Origin: a virus | Lineage: Duplodnaviria; Heunggongvirae; Uroviricota; Caudoviricetes | Length of the DNA stretch: 64,000 bases | IMG/VR virus record: IMGVR_UViG_3300047159_000064 | Direction: 5' to 3' (one strand) | Shown: one piece after another, positions 56,624 to 64,000 of the stretch | Layout: each line of letters starts with the position of its first letter | Numbering within the stretch: position 1 is the stretch's first letter | Translations under genes and position numbers: made by a program | Notes under the pieces: generated by a model | Told to the model about the DNA's origin: nothing | The model's input: only the letters and a program-made list of their open reading frames with translations | The model's database searches: none

Positions 56624-58343
56624 TTATCTCGTGATGGTGAGCGTCAGCGCGTCTTTTGACTTGCCGGTAGTCAGCTTAGCCAGCCCTGTTGCGTGGAATT
56701 CGGTCTTAGTCGAGGTTATGCTTGAGCCGTTTGGCTTCAGCTCCGTCCCGTTGAGGTCTAGCCTCACTTTGAAGCCGTACGTGTTGCCGTCCGGAGATGA
56801 CGACGTCTACGCTGTCGGCGTTTTCGTATGTGTCGCCTCATCGCGCTGATGAACGCTTTGTCGTTGGTCGGCAGCAGGCTGATCGTCGGCTCGTCGTACT
56901 CAGGCCAATCTGCACTCTTCGCCGTTTATCGGAGACGCTGACGGCCTCTTTGCATCTCGCCACCCATTTCAGCTCTTGCTGGGTCAGGCCGTCGATGAAC
57001 TGCTTTCTGTAGAACGATTATCGGGCACTTCAGCCAGGCGTGACGACCCTGGACCTGTGAATAGCGCTACCTCAAGCGTATTGGTAACGTACCGCTGTTT
57101 GCCGCCCTCGGACTCGCGCCTTGCCGGAGTTCACGGCGTCTATCGCCTTTTGGTCGTTAGGATCGTCGTAGGTTGAGCAGATGGTACGCGCCTTTCGAGG
57201 TTGGTCTCCACCGGCTTCGGATTGAACGGCGTGTCGTTCTTTATGGCCGACCTTATCTCTTTTTCCTGGCTTGACCTGCTCTTATTGTCGTCGTACCAGT
57301 ATATCTTGTCGGCCAGATCAGAATCGTCTATGGATTTGCGCAGCGCGGCGAACCTGCCGTTTTCTGCGTAGAATTCCTCTTTCCATTTCACAGGCAGCAT
57401 GACGCCGAGCAAGGCGCCTGCCACGCTTATCGAGCCGCCGCTCGTCAAGAACCTGACCTCGGCTTCGTCTATGTGGTCTTTCGACGTTATTTTCGCCATG
57501 AAATCTATGGCTTTGAACTGCGACTTGAGCGCGCTTGACAGATATCTCGTGTATTTGCTTATGTAATCCACGCTGAGCTTCCATCCGGCGTAAGCGCTGC
57601 CGTAATGAAGGAACTTCGTTCTGGTGTAAGAGTCGTCGACGTTTTTCCCCGCTCTGTCTATCAGGACTTTGTCAAGCTTGTCGGCGGGATTGTCTTCGCC
57701 GTACTCAAGCCTTTCGGCGTTTGAGGCCGTAGGCTTGTATTCCGCGTTGCCTAATCCAGGCACTTCTCTGTTGAATTCGTCTGTTATCAGCTTGCAGACG
57801 TCGAAATCGCTCTTAGTCAGTATGAACGGCTTGTTGACGCGATTGGCTTTCATGACGTATATGCGATCGTCAGGATTTTTGTCGTTGGTGTATTCCGCCA
57901 GCCACTGAACTCCGACAGGCGCGTTGCCGCCGAAGCCGCTCCATACGCCGTTGTCGGACACGTAGTAAGCCGCGTCGCTGTACCAGTCGAAATCTACGGC
58001 TTCGTAGTTATTGGCCAGATAGTTGCCGTCAAGCAGCAAAGCCACAGGATACGTTCCCGGCAGAATCGTCCAGCATGCTGAACAGAGTCGTCGACGTCGA
58101 AACGAAATTCTTGTCTCCCGATCCGTTTTTCTGCGCCTTGGACGCCATGATGCTCTTGCTGCCCAATATGCTGCGCAAGGCTTCCGCCGCGTTTGCGTTC
58201 CCGCTCTTCTTGACGGCGTACGCGACTACGCCTACGGCCGATACGCGCGGATAAGCAGATTCTTCGAGGCCTATCGGGTCTGGGAATCCGAGGCTAAGCG
58301 CGTCGCTGAGGGTCGAGATGTCGTCTAAAAGTTCTTTTTCCAT
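56624..58343 (-). CDS. Large hypothetical protein interrupted by several apparent indels
   Basis: Track ORFs 58029-58343 and 57140-58045 overlap in different frames; protein-like sequence continues to TAA at 56626-56624; late motif 14 nt upstream. Confidence 0.5.
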
Positions 58344-58356
58344 AGGTTCTATCTTA

Positions 58357-58365
58357 TAATTTAGC
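58357..58365 (-). promoter_or_regulatory. Candidate late promoter GCTAAATTA
   Basis: Exact copy, 14 nt upstream of 58343. Confidence 0.55.
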
Positions 58366-58384
58366 GCATAAAAAGCGCCTTTTA

Positions 58385-59191
58385 TTAGGCGCTCTTAAGC
58401 TTCTTCAAGGCAAGGAGGTTCTCTATGACGCTCAGTCTGGTAAGCAATCCGACGCCTCCTGGCACCGGGCTTTGAAAAGCTACTTTGAGATCGGCTTCGC
58501 AGTCTCCGCACAGCTTGCCGGTATACGGGTTCTGATTTATGCCGACGTCTATGATCACGGCCGTAGGCTTGAGCTCGAACGTAGAATCTAGCGTAAGCCT
58601 ATGGCCTGTCGCGACGACGATCAAATCGGCCATGGCGACGTATCTGCGCTTGTCTGCGTCAGAGGTCTTTGAATGAAGCACGGTGACGTTGCACGACGCG
58701 TCAAGGAGCAATTTTGCCATCGGCCTGCCGACTATGCCTGACCTGCCGATCACGACGGCGTTTTTGCCGACGAAGGAGAATCCCTGATCCTTCAGATATT
58801 CGAAGATGCCCAACGGCGTGGCTGGGACCGTCTTAGAAAGAATGTTGAATCCGTCGACGTCCTTGCTGGGCGATATGGCCTGCTTTACGGCGTCTTCGTC
58901 GATGCCTTTCGGCAGCGGAAGCTGCACGATGAAACCGTCTATTGAATTGTTTTCGTTGAGCTCTCTGATTTTCGCCAAAAGCTCGCTTTGCGTGACGTCT
59001 TCAGGCAATGCGATCAAATCGCATTTGACCATGCTGTCTTCGCAGTCTTTTATCTTATTGCGCACGTATCTGTCAGACGATTCGACATGGCCGACCTGAA
59101 CGATGGCCATATGCGCGCCGCCTGCGGCCTCGACCTCTTGCTTCAGCCTGGCTTTTTTTGCCGGAACGTACTCGTCTTTTATCGATTGCAT
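58385..59191 (-). CDS. folD: Methylene-THF dehydrogenase/cyclohydrolase
   Basis: SDRYVRNK, VQLPLP, KDVDG, PATPLG, GRSGIVGRP, PVPGGVG. Confidence 0.93.
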   Translation of the reverse strand: MQSIKDEYVPAKKARLKQEVEAAGGAHMAIVQVGHVESSDRYVRNKIKDCEDSMVKCDLIALPEDVTQSELLAKIRELNENNSIDGFIVQLPLPKGIDEDAVKQAISPSKDVDGFNILSKTVPATPLGIFEYLKDQGFSFVGKNAVVIGRSGIVGRPMAKLLLDASCNVTVLHSKTSDADKRRYVAMADLIVVATGHRLTLDSTFELKPTAVIIDVGINQNPYTGKLCGDCEADLKVAFQSPVPGGVGLLTRLSVIENLLALKKLKSA

Positions 59192-59386
59192 CTATTTCTT
59201 CCGCCTTTCTCTGTTCTTCTCGTATACGGATTTGACGACGCCTTGCTGGTATTTCGGCCTTTGGCTGTTCTTCCAGGCGTAATATTCGTCTAGCGCCTCT
59301 TTGCAGTAAAAGCTGTTAGGCGCGGCCGTGCACTGGCTGCCGGACCAGTGAGAGCAGAAATTGCATTTCGTCAGCTGCTTCTGCAT
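59192..59386 (-). CDS. Small Cys-rich hypothetical protein
   Basis: CNFC...C...C; packed between fhs and folD. Confidence 0.55.
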   Translation of the reverse strand: MQKQLTKCNFCSHWSGSQCTAAPNSFYCKEALDEYYAWKNSQRPKYQQGVVKSVYEKNRERRKK

Positions 59387-59395
59387 AAATCGCCT

Positions 59396-61018
59396 CTATT
59401 CGGCGTCTTGCTTAAGCTGCGCGAATTCGTCTAGCGCCTTGCAGTTCTTGTTGAGGCCGGGCATCATCATGACGCTTCCGCAAAGCGGAATGACGAATCC
59501 TGCCCCTGCCGCGAGCCATACGTCTTTGACGTAGATCTTGAAGCCTTTCGGGCGGCCGAGCAGCTTAGGATCGTCGCTGATGCTGAGCGGCGTCTTCGCG
59601 ACGACGATGTAGCTGTTTCCGTAGCCCATCCGCTCATAGAGGTCCATATTGCTTTTCGCCAAATCGCTGTATACGACTTCGTCTGCGCCGTACACCTGCT
59701 TGCAGATCTTGTCCATCTTGGCGCTAAGGCTCTCGGAAAGATCGTACAGCGGATGATACTCGTTTTTCGCTGCGCGAATCGTAGACAGCACGGTCTCCGC
59801 CAAAGCTTTTGCGCCTTGGGCGCCGTCGACCACGGCCGTGCTTACGGCCGCGGGATATCCGTTGGCTTCGCACCAGCCTAAAAGCCATTTGATCTCGTTG
59901 TCAGAATCCTGGGCGAATTTGTTGATCGCTATGACGAACGGAACGCCTTGGCGCTTGCAGGTGTCGATATGGCACTCCAGATTGCATACGCCGTTCTTAA
60001 GCGCGTCGATGTTCTCTATCGACAGCTCTTCGAAAGGCTGGCCTCCGTGCGACTTAAGCCCTTTGACAGTGGCGACCAAAACGGCTACGGAAGGCTTGAT
60101 GCCAGCCATAGGGGCAACGACGTCAAGCGCTTTCTCAAGTCCGAGCGAGCCGCCGAATCCGAATTCTGTGATGACGTAATCGCTGAGCTTCAGCGCCATT
60201 TTCGTCGCGATGAACGAATTGGTGCCGCATGAGATATTGCAGAACGGCCCTGCTGAGATGAGGACCGGATTGCCGCCGACGGTCTGAACCAAGTTAGGGC
60301 TCAGCGCATGCTCCATGAGAAGCATGACGGAATTAGACATCTTCAAATCGGCCAGATAGACTGGCTTGCCGTCTTTGGTGTAGGCGATGAGCATCTTGTT
60401 GACTCTGGCTCTGAAATCTTCCTTCGATGTCGACACCGTCCACACAGACATCAGCTCGTGGGCTACCGTGATGACGTATTCCGCTTTGTGCGGCGCGGCC
60501 TTTTTGTCGTCCTGCGCCACAGTCACGCTGCGCAGAGAGCGATCGTTCATGTCGACGGCGCGCTTCCAGACGATGCGATCCGGATCGATGTTAAGCTCGT
60601 TTCCCTGATAGATGTGGTTCTCGATGACCGCGCTGACGAGGTTGATTGCGCTAGTCAATGCGTGAAAATCCCCGGTGAAGTGGAGCGAGATGTCGTTGAT
60701 AGGCACCAATCCCGCTTTGCCGTTGCCGACGCAGTTGCCTTTGACGCCGAAGACAGGGCCTAAGCTGCCTTGCCGAAGCGTCAGCATCGAATTCAGGCCC
60801 AAGCCCCTGATGCCGTCTTGCAGGCCGATGGCCGTGGTCGTCTTGCCTTCGCCGAGCTTAGTGGGCTCGATGGCGCTGACGATGATCCAATGGCCGTCAG
60901 GCCGATCCTTCAGCTCGTCCATGTAAGACAGGTCTATCTTGCCCATCTCCCATCCTACGGGGTAAACGTACTTCTCAGGCACGCCTAATTCTTTAGTCAG
61001 CTCTAAAATGTTCTTCAT
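59396..61018 (-). CDS. fhs: Formate--tetrahydrofolate ligase
   Basis: GEGKTTT, GPVFGVKG, LHFTGD, GPFCNI, MMMPGL. Confidence 0.95.
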   Translation of the reverse strand: MKNILELTKELGVPEKYVYPVGWEMGKIDLSYMDELKDRPDGHWIIVSAIEPTKLGEGKTTTAIGLQDGIRGLGLNSMLTLRQGSLGPVFGVKGNCVGNGKAGLVPINDISLHFTGDFHALTSAINLVSAVIENHIYQGNELNIDPDRIVWKRAVDMNDRSLRSVTVAQDDKKAAPHKAEYVITVAHELMSVWTVSTSKEDFRARVNKMLIAYTKDGKPVYLADLKMSNSVMLLMEHALSPNLVQTVGGNPVLISAGPFCNISCGTNSFIATKMALKLSDYVITEFGFGGSLGLEKALDVVAPMAGIKPSVAVLVATVKGLKSHGGQPFEELSIENIDALKNGVCNLECHIDTCKRQGVPFVIAINKFAQDSDNEIKWLLGWCEANGYPAAVSTAVVDGAQGAKALAETVLSTIRAAKNEYHPLYDLSESLSAKMDKICKQVYGADEVVYSDLAKSNMDLYERMGYGNSYIVVAKTPLSISDDPKLLGRPKGFKIYVKDVWLAAGAGFVIPLCGSVMMMPGLNKNCKALDEFAQLKQDAE

Positions 61019-61189
61019 TAATCGCTCTCCTTTTGAGGCAGCGTGGATTCTTCCATCAGCCTCTGCTCTTCTCTTTTTTCCGTATCGTCCAGCGGCCTAG
61101 AAGCCGCTATGAGCGCCAATTCCATCAATCTGATGTTGACGCAGCGCTCGCTATCTGATTTATTGTCAGGCATGTCGTGCCTCCTGAAA

Positions 61190-61689
61190 CTAGAAGATTA
61201 TGCCGCTTTGCTCTTTCGTCCACTCATCGAGCTTCACGCCGTGCGACTTGAACAGATCGATTATGGCCTGCCGCTCTGAGCATGGGTTGTCCGGCTTCTC
61301 GTGAACCAGCAGAACGACGATCGGCTCGCCTTCGAATCTTAAGGCTTTCTTGACGTCGTCAGCCGTCCTCGACAGCTCTTTCGATCAAAGCGTCGAAGTC
61401 GATTTTCGCCAGATGGGCGCGGTACGCGTCTAAGAACTGACAGTGCGGGTATTTGTCCGAATAAGGGCAAGGATTGCCTTGGCACATCTCTTTCGGCTCT
61501 TCCGCCTCGCTCATCAAGAAACGACTCTTCCCTTATGCCGTTCATCACGCCGTTCTGATCGACGAAGCATCTGCTTTTGTCGTATGAATCGCCGTGATAC
61601 CAAGCCGGATCGCCGTACGCCGTCGACACCGGCACCATATTGGGCAAAAAGAACCTGACGTTGTAAAAATAAGTTATGAAAAACTTCAT
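61190..61689 (-). CDS. Hypothetical protein, DUF488-like; two apparent indels
   Basis: MKFFITYFYNVRF...STAYGDP.W and C-terminal VLLVHEKPDNPCSERQAI lie in different frames. Confidence 0.45.
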
Positions 61690-62197
61690 TAGTCTTTCTT
61701 GACGTCGTCGTTGACGTAATCGACTCATCGAGAACGTCTTGCCGTTCTCTTCCAGTTTCTCGCTGACGCTGACGACGCGGAAATTCGCCATTTCGTCTAT
61801 GTTAGGATAAAAAGCCGGCCTCAGGATCGAAGGCGTCAACCTTCGTGACCAAAAGCTCGTCGCAATACGGCAGCATCGACTTGTAGAACATGGCGCCGCC
61901 TATGACGTAAACGTCAATCTCAGGCGACAGAAGCCTGAGCGTCTTGAGCATCGCGTCGAACGTATGCACGCAGATGCAATCTGGGTATTCATGCCCTTCC
62001 GGGCAAAGCACGATATTGACTCTGTTCTTCAGCGCCTTTCCGCCTGGGAACGACAAAAGAGTGTTCTCTCCCATCGCGACGACGTGATGCGTCGTGCTGG
62101 ATTTGAAGAACTCCATGTCTTTCTTGAAATGGTACAGAAGGCCGCCTTTTTTGCCTATGCCGAAATGGCTGTCTACGCAAACTATGCTTTTTATCAT
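61689..62197 (-). CDS. folA: Dihydrofolate reductase (apparent indels near 61810 and 61720)
   Basis: IGKKGGL, DMEFFK, MGENT, LKNRVNIVL, VIGGA, FYPN resumes in the neighbouring frame. Confidence 0.85.
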
Positions 62198-62239
62198 CGG
62201 TTAATTGCCTCCGTTGGCAGAAAAACGCCGCCAGACGCT

Positions 62240-62765
62240 TTAATATACGCTGATCTGGCAGCTTTTCATTACTTCCAAGCGCCGCTTCGTGCTTCTCTTT
62301 TGTCACGCCTGCGCAGCATGACGAATCGACCGTGATTTTGGTGTTCGGGAAGCTGGCGCGAAGCAAAAGAGCGTTGCTGACGACGCAGATATCGGTGCAG
62401 ACCCCGCAAAGCTCAATTTCGGAGTACGCATTGCCTAAGAGCAGATAATTCCATCCGTCGAACCCGAACGTCTTTTTGTCGATGACCTCGGCTTTCATGG
62501 CAAAATCCTTAAGCTCCGGGATGATCTGCCAGCCGTCGGTGCCTTCGATGCAGTGCTTGACCGGAAGGTTTTTGCCTTCCAGCGTGTCCAAGTAATTAGG
62601 CTGATGCGTGTCTCGCGTGAAGATGATCTCGTCTTTGTTCGCCGCGGCCGCTTTGACTTTCGCCACGACGTTGCCGACGATGGCGATGGCGTCCTCATTG
62701 CGGAGCGATCCTGTGATAAAATCGTTCTGCATATCGACGACGACTAGCAATTTCTTGTTTTTCAT
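62240..62765 (-). CDS. pncA: Nicotinamidase (one extra base near 62276)
   Basis: VVVDMQNDF, TRDTH, HC..GTDGW, DKKTFG, GVCTDICV; removing one G gives HEAALEVMKSCQISVY-TAA. Confidence 0.85.
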
Positions 62766-62769
62766 TGCC

Positions 62770-63966
62770 TTATTTCTCCTCTTTCAAACGGAATTCGATG
62801 GCGTTGCGAAGGTACTTGACGTACTCAGGATCCTCGCACATCGTCTTGCCGTCGCAGTCGCTCAATTTGGCGACCGGCCGACCGTTGACGTACTGAAGCT
62901 TGATGACGATGTTAAGCGGCGTTACGCCGGAATCGTTCATGACGAACGTGCCGATGCCGAAAGCGACTTTTGTCCGATACTTGAAGTACGCGTAGATTCG
63001 CTGCGCTTTGTCGAAATCGAGCGAATCGCTGAACAAAAGCGTCTTGGTCGTCGGATCGATGCCGAGCTTCTTGTAATGGGCGATAATCTTTTCGCCCCAT
63101 TCGAACGGATCGCCGCTGTCGTGGCGGACGCCTGAATAGACCCGAGCCTGAAGGTAATCGAAATCCTTCAAGAACAAATCGGTCGTGATGGTGTCGGTCA
63201 AAGCGGTTCCGTTGTCGCCGCGGTATTCGTCGAACCAGTCTTCGAGCGCCGCGTGGTTGGTGTAAGCCAACGGGATAGTCGGAATGCCCTGATACATCTG
63301 AACGAATTCGTGGGCGTAGGTGCCGATTGGCTTCATGCCGTATTTCATGGCGAAATAGACATCCGACGTGCCGACGCAGTTAGGGAGATCCTTAAGCTGA
63401 GACAAAGCCCAGTCCTGGAAGTCGCCGCTGAAACGGCGGCGGGCGCCGAAGTCCGCGAAGCTGAACGTGTACTTGCCAGATTTGAATCCTTCGATTTTGT
63501 CGAGAAGGCGCTTTTTGGCTTCTGCGACGAGCGAATCGTAGGAATCGGCGTACATGAATCTGAAATAGACCTCGCTGACGATCTCGAGCAAGTAGATCTC
63601 GAACTGCATGGCGCCGTAAAGCGGGCCTGTGACCTCGATGGACAGCTTGCCGGCGTCGCTCAGCTTGACGTCTACGTAATCGCGGAGCGGGCGCCAAATG
63701 CGCAAAAACTCGATGTAGTCCGGCTTGAGGAAGCGAATAGTGTGAAGATAGGCGATTTCTTCTTTGGTGAAGGTCATGGTGCAGAGGTTGTCGACCTGCG
63801 CGTTGATCTCGTCTAGCATCTCTTTAGTGAAGACGATGCCTTCGTTGCGGCATTTGAAGACGTATTTGCCTGAAAGGTTGGTGTGCTTGTGGAACATGAC
63901 CTGGTTCATGTTGAACTTATAGAGGTCGGTGTCGAGCAGGCTCTTGACGATCGGGCGGAATTTCAT
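62770..63966 (-). CDS. pncB: Nicotinate phosphoribosyltransferase; frame stays open to the window edge
   Basis: LLDTDLYK, ADFGARRR, GTYAHE, RHDSGDP, FSDSL, GIGT, AKLSD. Confidence 0.93.
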   Translation of the reverse strand: MKFRPIVKSLLDTDLYKFNMNQVMFHKHTNLSGKYVFKCRNEGIVFTKEMLDEINAQVDNLCTMTFTKEEIAYLHTIRFLKPDYIEFLRIWRPLRDYVDVKLSDAGKLSIEVTGPLYGAMQFEIYLLEIVSEVYFRFMYADSYDSLVAEAKKRLLDKIEGFKSGKYTFSFADFGARRRFSGDFQDWALSQLKDLPNCVGTSDVYFAMKYGMKPIGTYAHEFVQMYQGIPTIPLAYTNHAALEDWFDEYRGDNGTALTDTITTDLFLKDFDYLQARVYSGVRHDSGDPFEWGEKIIAHYKKLGIDPTTKTLLFSDSLDFDKAQRIYAYFKYRTKVAFGIGTFVMNDSGVTPLNIVIKLQYVNGRPVAKLSDCDGKTMCEDPEYVKYLRNAIEFRLKEEK

Positions 63967-64000
63967 GTCGCGGTCCTTCCAGATATCTTTGTAGCTGATC

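Noticed and set aside
56624-58050. Fragmented ORFs that could be separate small genes
   Set aside because: Fragments overlap in different frames without new SD/ATG signals; treated as one gene with indel errors.
61300-62280. Apparent PncA-DHFR overlap and DHFR fusion to the downstream ORF
   Set aside because: Removing one G at ~62276 restores a normal PncA end, and DHFR resumes in adjacent frames; artefacts, not fusions.
895-63135. Many long plus-strand ORFs in the track (e.g. 2419-3198, 6263-7279, 23965-24990, 50570-51466)
   Set aside because: All are antisense shadows of minus-strand genes with recognisable motifs; they lack SD sites and family motifs and follow from codon bias.
1-64000. 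Suppressor tRNA-Trp(UCA), other tRNAs or a release factor gene
   Set aside because: Intergenic gaps are short and I could not recognise a cloverleaf or RF motif by eye; tRNAscan-SE/ARAGORN on the full genome is needed.

Overview
A 64-kb segment of a large T4-like (myovirus/jumbo-type) phage. Every credible gene is on the minus strand. In transcription order (64000 to 1): NAD-salvage and folate genes (pncB, pncA, DHFR, fhs, folD); a bacterial-style replication block (dUTPase, DnaC-like loader, DnaB, primase, SSB, split family-A polymerase, beta clamp, RecU, RecA, DnaX/HolB/HolA-like clamp loader); bS21; SbcCD; a split type IA topoisomerase; an AAA/HExxH/VWA and nucleotidyltransferase block; and a T4-like head module (TerL, portal, prohead protease, major capsid, neck). 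Three points are not visible in the supplied ORF track. (1) The phage appears to read TGA as Trp: 14 in-frame TGAs sit inside continuous genes, 13 of them below 34.4 kb, and every intact gene I checked ends in TAA or TAG. (2) The large terminase is interrupted by a cis intein, an apparent split intein and an ORF-less group I intron. (3) Two promoter-like motifs (minus strand GCTAAATTA and YCGTATAAT) divide the genes into late and early/middle sets. Several stretches carry clustered single-base indels that look like assembly errors, so any claim that rests on one base is flagged. All homology calls come from motif recognition by eye; no database search was run.
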